Origin: Ptychomitrium polyphyllum
Lineage: Eukaryota
DNA length: 64,000 nucleotides
Assembly (NCBI GenBank): GCA_973851085.1
Contig: OZ316776.1
Location: 7,812,001 to 7,876,000, forward strand
Direction: 5' to 3'
Program-made: the position numbers and the translations under genes
The notes under the pieces: generated by a model
What the model was told of the DNA's origin: nothing
Database searches by the model: none
The model's input: only the letters and a program-made list of their open reading frames with translations
Part shown: positions 26,886 through 38,413 of the stretch, piece after piece
How positions within the stretch are numbered: position 1 is the stretch's first letter
Layout of the letters: every line of letters starts with the position of its first letter

Positions 26886-29334
26886 TGAGGACATCAATCT
26901 CTTTTAGTGGGAGGAGAGAGGCTTGTAACACGAACTTCTTCACATCATGTGTTGGTTCTTTGACTTATGGCAATAAATTTCAACTTTTGTGTGTGCAAAG
27001 AGAAGAGTATAAGATGACGTCCTAATCTTGTGCTTGTGCTAAGTTGGTAGAAGAGGGAGAATAGACATGTAAAACCAAGTTGGGAAGGCCGAATAATGGG
27101 GACCAAGCCTGGAGGGAAGAATGGTTAAAACCATAAAACCTCTTAGTCTTGGGCTTGTCTGGGCAAGGACAAGGTAATGGCACGTGCTCATAAAAGCGCC
27201 ACTCCTACAAACTAACAAAAGTTAGTGCATGGAAGTCATGAACCCATGTCTCAAAAAAAATAGTGAGATCCAAGTTGGGCAAAACTTGGCATTACCCCCG
27301 TGCGATTGAGTCGTGGAGTAAAAACCACCTTGGATTTGTAATCAAGACAATTTGGTGGAGCATTGAGGTCCATCCTAGTTAGAAAGGTAGAGGTAGGGTA
27401 GTGTAGCCTAACTGGGGAGTCTATTCCAAAAGGATCTCAAAGTAGATAGGTCTAGAGTAGTTTAGGGCCCTAAGAATTTTGTCTAGGCTACCTAAACAAA
27501 CCACCTCCTAAACGACACATTTGAGACTTTGCCAAAGATTTATGAATGCATTGTTAAGTTCGCATCCTAGATGAAACACAATGCTGTACTACTAAAGGAT
27601 GGCAACCTTGGAATTGGCGTGCTCACTACAAGTATAGCCAATGAGGGCATCAACTCCATTCAGGAGGGGATGAGTATAGCGCACCTCTCCTTCAACAGTG
27701 CCCGCAACACTAAGGGCACAAAGAGACCTCGAAGTGACGTCCAGGACTTGTGGCACCAATAATAAAGTGGCCCGAGTAAGCCTAGTGTGGGAAGAATCCC
27801 GAGAGGAAAAAACATCCTTGCCCATATAAACTAAGGGCCAGGAGGGAGGAATTGAAGGCATTAGAGGACTCACAACGAGTTGATTCTAGAATGCTAAAGA
27901 TTGCTCAAATCAGACAAGGGAACTAAAAGATATGGCATCCCAAAGTTGGAACTGCCAAAGGGCTGCTCTGGACTGTGGCAGTCCTAGACAGTGACTGTAC
28001 TGGACTGGGACAGTGCAGGAAGGGACTTTCCGAGAGTTTCGAACCTTGGAAGAAGCATATCTCCAAGAATACTAAGTCAAATTGGACGTTTGAGGAGTCT
28101 ATCAATATCTACGTAAAGAATAAATGACAATAAAGTGGTTGCTGGATAAATTCGGACATCAAATGTAGAAGATATGGCTCCCTTAAGGTCCGCAAGAAGT
28201 CCCGTAGGCTTCTAGCTTCTAAGTTCGAAGGGAGATTGGGTGGACTTCCAAAGTTTTTGGTGTGTCTAGATTCAGCCAGCTACAGAGGGCCAGGAGGCCT
28301 GCCAAATCCCACAAAAGTAGTATAACAGAGGGCTAGTCCTCCTCTCCACTCTTCTAGTGTCCTAATAGGAACCAAGGATGAGTCCCGGTTGGTGGAGCTA
28401 GTGTTGAGGCTTCACCACAGGGACTCCCACACCATTGTGAGCTGGTGGATGACCGATTTTACGAAGAGGACTAGTGAGATTAAAAAGATATGCTTGTTAC
28501 CACTAAATTGGGGCGGTGTCTTCATGCCAGCACCATGATGGCTCGGGGTGATCTTAGAATCACATGGAAATCATGAGTGGTAGTGAGGAGACACCACTAA
28601 GAGCGGTTAGGCCATGTGGAATGGAAATAACACCAAGTGAGGCCTTGGACATGAATGGAAGTCCGCATCTAACCATTGGCTACCAATCAATTGGGTGTCC
28701 TAAGAGAAATGTTAGGGGGAATTGGAAACCAAAGCCGGGACTTGGAGAGTAACGATGGTAGTTAACCATGTGCATGTGGAGGTATATAGGATTGACGTGC
28801 ATGACATTTGTTAAGGTGCATTACATGGGTTGCAGTACTAAGCCTTGAAGGCAAATCTCTTGATTTGGTAATTGTGCACTTTATAACTAGACTCCTTATA
28901 ATACAAATATAGGTTTCCTCTTCAATGCTTTTTTTTTCTACTGGAGTCAAGCGTCTAAATTTGAGCAACATTAATTTGCATAGATTTGGATTTTTGTAGT
29001 TGTGAGTTGTAGAATGAATTTATTTTGTTGTACTTGCTTAAAATTGATAAAAAAAAATTGATGTCATTAATTGGAATTAGGCCTGATCAAGGCCAAAGGG
29101 TCTCATTTTTGAAGTAATTAGCTTTTAAGGAATTTAGTATACAAATTAGATAATTATTAAAAGTTCACATCTATTTGGAACAAGAAATTGATTGAATTAG
29201 GAAAAAATAGATAAATTCTCCAACTTAAATTGATTAGTAGCTTTAAGTTAAATTAAGTGAAGATAGAAAAAATTTCCACCAATGTAAGTCGGACATGGTT
29301 TAATATAGAAAAACAAGAAATAAGGTCTAGCAAG

Positions 29335-29948
29335 TGTCACGAGCATAAATCATGCAACATAGTCCTTAGAACATTCTGAAACCTTCTAATATACTATAAT
29401 AGCTTTTTAGAATATTTTTAAATGTCTCCATAATCTTATCATATTCTTAGTAAGCTTCCCAAGAAAGTTCTTCCACTTTATGAAATTTCCTAGGAAGGTT
29501 CTATCATCTTAGGTAACTTCTTAAGAAACTTCCTACAAAGATTCCATCACCTTAGAAAACTTCTTAGGAAGATTCCATCATCTTAAGAAGCTTCCTAGGA
29601 AGATTCCGCTATCTTATAAAACTTGCATGGAAGGTTCCAACTCCTTCGAAGCTTCTTAGGAAGGTTCCAACATCTTAGGAAACTTCTTGGGAAGGTTTCC
29701 TAGACTTCTAAAACATTCTAAAGCCTTGTAGGAAGCTCCTTTAGAAGTATCCTAGGAGATACAAATGTCATAGTATAAATAGGAGGCAAGACAAGGTATT
29801 CATTGGTCTTGCCAACACAAGTTGTGGATCATCTTGAATCCTGCCTTGTTCTAGTCTTTGTATTTAGTTCTTGTTAATCATTAGCTCCTTGGAAGCTAAT
29901 TCTTGGAAAACACTTCATTTCTACTTCTTATTTCTTGTGTCCTTAATA
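29335..29948 (+). mobile_element. Solo LTR (F family, 614 bp)
   Basis: Reads tgtcac...ccttaata with TSD GCAAG/GTAAG (one mismatch). Confidence 0.88.
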
Positions 29949-30222
29949 GTAAGTATTGAATTAGGAGTTAAAATTTGGATTAGATAATAATCAAGTGTTA
30001 GTTAATTAATGCTAGAAGGCCTTGAAATTGTAGCTAAGGTGGATGGAGCAAGTTGATATAACATTATAATATGGCAACGCCATTCAAAAAGTTCCATAAC
30101 AGTTGGCAGAGGTTGAAGAGAGGAGACAAGATAAAGGAGACTTTCTCTCATTCTTTTTTATCAAGTATTCTCATTGTTCTTTCATTTCTAGCCTAGTTTC
30201 TTTATTTTTTCTTCTCTTACTC

Positions 30223-30358
30223 TTTTTCCCAATTTTCTTCATAGATAGAAGTAAAATTTGCTTATAAGAAAATTTTAGGAAATTTGGAAATTTTTCCCAA
30301 TTTTCTTCATAGATAGAAGTAAAATTTGCTTATAAGAAAATTTTAGGAAATTTGGAAA
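30223..30358. repeat. Perfect 68-bp tandem duplication
   Basis: The unit tttttcccaattttcttcatagatagaagt...aggaaatttggaaa starts at 30223 and again at 30291. Confidence 0.9.
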
Positions 30359-32416
30359 TTAAAGTTGCTGATCAAGGATTTGGAGGCGTGTATCTAGGAT
30401 TTAAATGGTAAATACGACTAATTGAATAAGCCACAATCATGCTCTAATTGGTCCTTGAATTTGGACCTAATCATTCATTTCATTTCATATTATGGTAGAG
30501 CTTATTGTTAGCTTTTCAATACCATTTAGAACATTCCATTTGGAATTATAATGAATTATTTATGGAATTTAGAACGTTAGCTTTATTGTAGGAAATTAAA
30601 ATTGGAAAATCTAATAAACCATAGTTGAATCAGTAGCTTAGATTTTTGTCAACCTTTATTATAATATTTTAGTCTCATAACCTTTGCTGTTAATTTTCCA
30701 ATGGCATTTAAATCATGGCATTTGGTTCTATAATAAATTATATATAAAATTTGAAAGTCTGCTTACACCATGGGAACTTAGTATGGAACAATTTTTATAT
30801 AAATGATGGAATTCAGGTATTAAAGAATTAGAGTAAAAAACTATATTGGAATACAAAACGCAAACTTAGGTGATTGACAAACTAAAAAAAGGATTGTATG
30901 AATTAATATTGAATTCGTCCAACATGTCAATCTTTGGCATTATGAATAAGAAGTCTTTTATATTTTCTATTAAGCCCATCAAAACTATGTGACCAAAGTC
31001 TTATTATTATAATCAAGGTTGCAAGCTAGTTCTTGAAACTTTGCAATAAATATAATAGCCAAGCGTTGTCCTTGTTGTAGACTTTAGATCCTTGTTTCTT
31101 CCACCTTCTTTTTGTAGATATCCCCAAATGTGAATGGTGACTTCTTCTTCATTAATGGTATGAACCACAATAGTGCATTATTTGATAAAAAAGTGGCTAT
31201 AAATTCCATTAGTAGTGCCATCAATATAGCAAGATTAGTGCAAATTGAATATGAGTCTTTTTAGTTGAACAAAAGTTCTAAACTTTGACCTTGATCCATC
31301 AAACTTAACTAGTATATCAATCTTTGGCTTTTCATAGTTTTATCAAAAGATTTTTCTTCCAATATTGGTGTTAAGGTCTGTAACAATTAAGATTAGTAAC
31401 TACCAAGTCATCAATAACTTAATAGTTTCTTAGTACAAATCCTTATCTAAAGAAAGTCAGCTACACCAATATTGGGATTGATAACTACCGAGTATTCTAA
31501 AACTTGGTAATTCCTAACTGGAGCATATAGATAAAAGAAAAACACTTTATATGAGTTTATAGTTTATACTACCAAATGGAAAAGATATAGTAGTATTAAA
31601 GAGTAACTATAAACTATTATAGAACTTGCTCAAATGGAAAAACTTGCATATAAACATATATTCAAAAACAAAATTGATAAGGAAAAAGAATGGAGTGTAT
31701 AACTTGTTTGAATGGAAAAGCAAAAAGAAACACACCCTCTGTCACGAATATAGATCAAGCAACATAGTCCTTAGAACATTCTAGAACCTTCTAGTATACT
31801 ACAATAGCTTCTTAGAATACTTTTAAATGTCTCCATTGTCTTTTCATATTCTTAAGAAGCTTCCTAGGAAAGTTCCTCCACCTTAGGTAACTACCTAAGA
31901 AACTTCCTATGAAGGTTCCATCATCTTGTGACACTTCTTAGGAAGGTTCCATCATCTTCAAAAACTTCCTAGGAAGGTTCTATCATCTTAAGAAACTTCC
32001 TTGAAGGTTCCATCATCTTAAGAAACTTCCTAGGAAGATTCTACTTCTTTAGAAAACTTCCTAAGAAGGTTATTGCTACCTTAAGAAACTTCCAAGAAAG
32101 ATTCCAACTCCTTCGAAGCTTCTTAGGAAGGTTCCAACATCTTAGGAAACTTCTTGGAAAGGTCCCTTAGACTTCCAGAACATTCTTAAGCCTTGTAGGA
32201 AGCTTCTTTAGAAGTATCCTAGGAGATACAAACGTCATAGTATAAATAGGAGGCAAGACAAGGTATTCTTTAGTCTTGCCAATACAAGTTGTGGATCATC
32301 TTGAATCTTGCCTTGTTCTAGTCTTTGTATCAAAGTTCTTGTTAATCATTAGCTCTTTGGAAGCTAATTCTTGAGAAACACTTTGTTTCTACTTCTTGTT
32401 TCTTGTGTCCCTAACA

Positions 32417-32430
32417 GTTTGGCAAGACTA
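32417..32430 (+). promoter_or_regulatory. Primer-binding site complementary to the element's own presumed transcript 5' end
   Basis: ttggcaagacta (32419-32430) is the reverse complement of tagtcttgccaa (32271-32282), which lies 30 nt after TATAAAT (32241). Confidence 0.75.
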
Positions 32431-32652
32431 CTTTTCATCACTGTCAGTGCTAAGGTTCTTTAAAGAAGATTGTAGATTACCCATCTTCTTTAGGATTCCA
32501 TAGCGTCTTAGAGGTTGCGGACTACCCTCCTCTAAGCTGGCACCATAGAGTTGGTTTCTCCTTCTAGAACCAAATATTACTTCTTTCAAAGGACGTGGAT
32601 TTTCCTCCTTTGAAGGTACTCATAGTCTTTTTGTCTTTGAGAGTCTTAAGAA

Positions 32653-33663
32653 ATGGATAACGTGCCTGGAACATCAGAGAATAGGTTTGCAACTATTGCA
32701 AACCTTCAAGAGTTATTAAATACAGTTCAAACGGAACTCGCCCGTTTTAATACCACCAACAATTTGGAGCAACACACTCGACAAGCTGAAGAATCCAATG
32801 GTGATATTCAAAGCCTATATCAAGAGGTTGTTGGATTGCAAGAAGCCAATATTGGAAGGAAAGGCTTACGTCAAATCCACGCAGAGCCAAAGATTAGCAT
32901 GCCATACAAGTTCGATGGATCAAGATCAAAATTAAGAGGCTTTGTTCAACAAGTAAAACTCTTCTTTAGTTTGCATCAATCTTGCTATCCTGATGGTACA
33001 ACTCAAGTGGGATTTGTGGCCACTCCTTTATCAAACAATGCACTATCGTGGTTTGCGCCACTAATGGAGAAACGATCACCATTATTGAACAACTTAGATG
33101 CTTTCATAGAAGCATTGACATCTACTTTTGGAGACACCGACCAAGAGAGGGTGGCTGAAACAAGGATTCAGAGTCTCCAACAAGGACAGCGCTCAGCTGC
33201 TACATATGCTGCACAATTTCGACAATTAGCTTGCGACCTTGATTGGAATGATAAGGCCTTGGTCACACGATTTTGATGGGGCTTAAAAGAGAATGTAAAG
33301 AACTTGCTACTCACAATGCCAAGAGTTGAAACATTGAACGAATTCATCACTTAAGCAATAGCATGTGACAACAAACTATTTGAGAGGCGCCAAGATCAAC
33401 GCTTGGGATGGCGACCAGTACATCAAAGCATGGCTACCACTTTTTCAAGGATATTGGAAAGCCGACCACAAAGACCAAAACCTATGCAAATTGATGCTGC
33501 CCAATTCAGACGTTTGACTCCAGAAGAAAAAGAAAGGCGTCGAAGAGAAAACCTATGTTTGTATTGTGGCAAGTTTGGACATAAAGTGCGCGATTGCCAA
33601 ATCAAAGGATCTGCCTTTAAGGCTCAGAGCACAATAGTGGAGTTAGAAAACAAGGCTGTCTAG
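32653..33663 (+). pseudogene. gag: gag of E (copy of F gag)
   Basis: Near-identical to 5888-6898. Confidence 0.9.
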
Positions 33664-33677
33664 TCACAGTATGGACC

Positions 33678-36600
33678 ATGCGACTGGACACCACGAGGAA
33701 ACGACCATCAAATCAAGGTCTCCTACTACCTTCAAGCCCTACCTCTTGTTTTACATTTCCTATCAAAATTAAATTGTTAGATGATGAAATAATTAGTGAG
33801 GCTCTCTTAGACACTGGCGCAACAGCATGTTTTATGGACAAGGATTTTGCAACCAAACATCACATGGTGCTTGTGAAGAAAAAATATCCCGCACTTGTTG
33901 AAGTTATTAATGGACGATCTCTTGCGTTTGGCAACGTTATTGAAGAAACTCAATCCTTGGAGGTTGTTTTAGGAAACCAGGCATCTAAAGTTGTCTTCAA
34001 CATCATTCAATGCCGAACGAATCCTATTGTTTTGAGCCTTCCTTGGTTTGAATTACATAATCCAGATATTGACTGGCGCTCACGGAGTGTGGTCTCAAAG
34101 AAAAGACGTCAAAATATAAGAAATCTTGGGCCATCATTTATTGGAGCTAAGGCATTTATGAGAGCGGCAAAAAATGAACCAATCTATGCCGATTATGCCA
34201 CGCCAATGTCTAGCTCAACAATAGAGACTAATCAAAACATACCTCGTCAATATCAAGATTATAAAGACGTTTTTGAAAAGAAGAATGCGGACATGTTACC
34301 AAAGCACCGACCTTACGATTGTACCATTGAATTGCAAGAAGGAGCCCAACCACCTTTTGGACCTATTTATAACTTATCACAAACCGAGTTGGCTGCCTTG
34401 AGAGAATATATTGATGAAAACCTTGGAAAGGATTTCATTCAACACTCTAAATCACCTACTGGAGCACCCATTTTGTTTGTAAAGAAGAAAGATGGATCAT
34501 TACATATGTGCGTGGACTATCAAGGCCTCAATAAAGTAACAAAAAAGAATCGCTATCTATTACCATTAATCTCAGGACTCCTACAACAACTTGGCCAAGC
34601 AAAGATATTCACCAAAATCAATCTTAGAGGAGCCTACAATCTTGTACGCATCAAAGAAGGAGACAAATAGAAGACAGCTTTTTGATCTAGGTATGGTCAT
34701 TTTGAATACAATGTCATGCCTTTTGGCCTTATTAATCCTCCCGCGGTCTTCCAACATACGATGAATGATATCTTCCATGAACATCTGGATGATTTTATAG
34801 TCATTTACTTAGATGATATTTTGATATATTCAAAAGATGAACAAGACCACGAATGTCATGTGCAACTAGTCTTAGAAAAACTACGCCAGCGAGGATTATA
34901 TGCCAAATTGAAGAAGTGCCTTTTCCATGAATCATCGGTAGAATTTTTAGGCTACTTCATTTCCAAAGGAGGAATCCATATGGATAAGAAGAAAATAAAC
35001 ACTGTCATGGAGTGGAGTACGCCAAGATCAATTTGAGATGTCCAATGCTTTTTGGGATTTGCCAACTTTTATAGAATATTCGTCAATAATTATTCCAAGA
35101 TTGCGGCACCATTAACACGTCTTACAAGGAAGCAAAAATTCATTTGGGATGAAGAGGCGGAAAAAGCATTTCAAAGTCTTAAAAAGTCATTCACGTCGGC
35201 TCCAATTCTTATTCATCCAAATCCATCAAAGCCTTTTTATTTGAAAGCGGATGCCTCAGATTTTGCGCTTGGCTCAATACTCTCACAATATGATGAAGAC
35301 GGGAGACTTCACCCTCTTGCCTTTTGTTCAAGGAAGTTCTCAGCGGCAGAGATCAATTATGATATACATGATAAAGAACTACTTGCAATTGTGGATGCGT
35401 TTGAAAAATGGCGATACTTATTGGAAGGAGCTCAACATACCATCACGATATATACAGACCACAAGAACTTGGAGTATTTCATGAGTGCGCGTGTTTTGAA
35501 TTGCCGTCAAGCAAGGTGGAGTATGTCGCTTTCCAAATTTGACTTTGTCATTACCTATCGATCTGGTAGCTTGCAAGGTAAGCCAGATGCCTTATCTCGA
35601 AGATCTTATTTAGCTCCTCAACCTAGAGATGATGTTTTGAATCAACAAAGGACTATTTTATTAAAGCCTGAGAATCTTCAATTGAAAGCAGCCATTATTA
35701 CGACAACATCCCATCTTGACCAAATTTGGAAGGCTTTGAAGAATGACGTCTTTGTTTCAAATATAAAGAAGCGCCTCAAAGACAATGGAAATCCTTCAAA
35801 TAATGATGAGGATTTTGAATTCCAAGAGGGCCTACTTTATTATAAAGGACTTTTGTACCTACCTCCAGGCCCTTTGCGGTTGAAGATCCTTCAAGCACAT
35901 CATGATTTTCCAGCAGCAGGACATTTTGGATTCAATAAAACAATGGAGTTGATTGCAAGAGACTATTGGTGGCCACAAATGTGGAAGTACGTAAAGAACT
36001 TTGTTCAGTCATGCAACACTTGTGCAAGAGCCAAGGTACCAAGGCACCAACCTCATGGTCTCCTCCACCCGCTTTCAGTGCCAAAGAGCCCATGGTTGTC
36101 TTTATCAATGGATTTTATCACGGACCTTCCAAACTCCGATTCTAAGGATTCTATTTTGGTAGTGGTAGATCGATTTACCAAAATGGCACATTTCATTCCA
36201 TGCAACAAGACGGTAACCGGAGAAGAAACTGCCAAGATGTTCCTAAATCACGTCTACCGCATACATGGACTACCAGATGATATTGTATCCGATCGAAGGC
36301 CACAGTTCATTTCCAACTTTTGGAGGGCTCTATTCCAGTTGTTGCGTGTAAAGATCAATCTTTCTTCAGCACACCATCCGCAAACTGATGGCCAAACCAA
36401 ACATGTGAATCAAATTTTGGAGCAGTACCTTCGTTGTAGCATAAACTACCAGCAAGACAACTGGATGGATTTCTTGCCTTTGGCAGAATTTGCTTACAAC
36501 AATATGGTGCATTCTTCAACAACTCAAAGTCCATTCTTTGCAAACTATAGGCATCATCCTCAAACAGATCCATTTCAAGTGAAGCATGTTGGAAGTCCTA

Positions 36601-37154
36601 CAGTGGAGGATTTTGCAACTCAACTTGCTAAAATCCATCAAGAAATTACCTTCCAGTTATAACAAGCTCAAGATCATTACAAAACTTATGCAAATTGCCA
36701 TCGAAAGGACCATCCAAAGTTCAAGGTTGGAGATAGCGTATGGCTCCTACAACAAAATATACAGACAAAAAGACCATCAATGAAGTTGGACTATCAAAGG
36801 CTGGGACCGTTTGAAATCAACAAACAAATAAATCCGGTTAGTTATCGCCTAAAGCTACCACCAAGCATGCAAATTCATCCAGTATTCCACGTATCCTTGT
36901 TGGAAACCTATAACAAATCATGTATACTAGAGAAAATTATCCCTCCGCCTTTTCCGCTGGAAATCAATAATGAAATTGAATATGAAGTGGAAGAGATCTT
37001 AGATTCACGCATCAAGAACAGACGTGTGGAGTACCTTATACATTGGCAAGGATATGGCATCAATGACCGAACATGGGAACCTTCAACAAATGTAACAAAT
37101 GCATCCGAGAAGGTACGCGAATTTCATCAAAGATATCCTCAGAAATCAGGTTAG
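33678..37154 (+). pseudogene. pol: pol of E (copy of F pol)
   Basis: Near-identical to 2397-5873 with the same stops. Confidence 0.95.
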
Positions 37155-37297
37155 TGATGATGTGTCATCAGCAGCCGTTAGCTTCACAGAGAAGTTTTTC
37201 TTTCATAGACAAGTATAAGAAGGGAGGAGAGATATCCAAACCTCCAATTGTATGCATCATTATTTCCAAGATAGATCATTTCTAGATCCTAGCCAGC

Positions 37298-37756
37298 ATG
37301 TCAAATCTTTGTGTTATAATGGATATGCGTGAAGAGGAGTCGGCCATGCCTTCATCAACAACAGCATCTGTTGAACCAACTCAACTTTTTCAGCCCTCGG
37401 TAACGAAGGATCTAAGTCAAGATATGAGAGGGACATCCCAACGTCGAGTACGACCTCGTGCAGAAGTATTGACTAGTCGCCCTTCACATTCCAGTCTTGA
37501 TTCAGATGCTCGCGCTCTAGTCATCTTGTTAGAAATTGGAAGAGTCACTCCTGGAGGATCCGAAATCTTGTTTGGAGGATGTTTTGAAGGACTTAATCAA
37601 GATCAGATCTTGAAATGGGACATTTCAACAACAAAAGTCTTGGCTGGTGGTCATTGATGCTTCTTGCAAGGACCAGTTGAACCAGTGAACAAAGAACAAC
37701 AAGCAGAGTATGTTGCTTCACTCCTTCAACAAATTTTGGAATTTGTGGAAATGTGA
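37298..37756 (+). pseudogene. Extra ORF3 (~152 codons, unknown function) with one internal TGA at 37655
   Basis: The codon is TGG in element C. The start is conserved in C and the stop position is conserved in B and C. Confidence 0.6.
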
Positions 37757-38413
37757 TGAGCAAGCCAAGAAAAAGCTCCTCATGGAACTCGTCGCTAAAT
37801 GGGGAGGTGATGTCACGGACATAGATCATGCAACATAGTCCTTAGAACAATCTAGAACCTTCTAGTATACTATAATAGCTTCTTAGAATACTTTTAGATG
37901 TCTCCATAGTCTTTTCCATGTTCTTAGGAAACTTCCTAGGAAAGTTCCTGCACCTTAGGAAACTTCCTATGAAGGTTCCATCACCTTAGAAAACTTCCTA
38001 GGAAGGTTCCATCACCTTATGAAACTTCCTAAGAAGGTTCCGCTACCTTAGGAAACTTCCAAGGAAGATTCCAACTCCTTGGAAGCTTCCAAAGAAGGTC
38101 CCAATTCCTTGGAAGCTTCTTAGGAAGGTTCCAACATCTTTGGAAACTTCTTGGGAAGGTTCCTTAGACTTTCAGAACATTCTTAAGCCTTGTAGGAAGC
38201 TTTTTTAGAAGTATCCTAGGAGATACAAACGTCATAGTATAAATAGGAGGCAAGACAAGGTATTGCTTAGTCTTGCCAACACAAGTTGTGGATCATCTTG
38301 AATCTTGCCTTGTTCTAGTCTTTGTATCAAAGTTCTTGTTAATCATTAGCTCTTTGGAAGCTAATTCTTGAGAAACACTTCGTTTCTGCTTCTTGTTTCT
38401 TTTGTCCCTAACA

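Larger units (their letters stand above)
19924..28837 (+). mobile_element. Element D: full-length decayed Gypsy chromovirus with ~1.16-kb LTRs (possibly Galadriel-like; lineage is inference)
   Basis: 5' LTR 19924-22228 (interrupted by X2), degenerate tRNA-iMet-type PBS tttggtttcaaag at 22229, PPT caggaggggatgag at 27661-27674, 3' LTR 27675-28837. TSD CCAAG/CTAAG. Confidence 0.92.
29003..30908. mobile_element. Unclassified AT-rich insertion replacing ~120 bp of C gag (probably a decayed LTR or other repeat)
   Basis: Homology to F gag stops at ~29002 and resumes at ~30911. No clear TSD. Boundaries are approximate. Confidence 0.5.

Noticed and set aside
26886..27674. Long 3' region of D as a possible env-like or antisense ORF
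   Set aside because: No long open frame or recognisable motif, and no second copy in the window to test conservation.
35052..36662. 536-aa ORF as an active pol or domesticated gene
   Set aside because: It is only the longest stop-free stretch of a pol broken on both sides, and the same stops occur in F.
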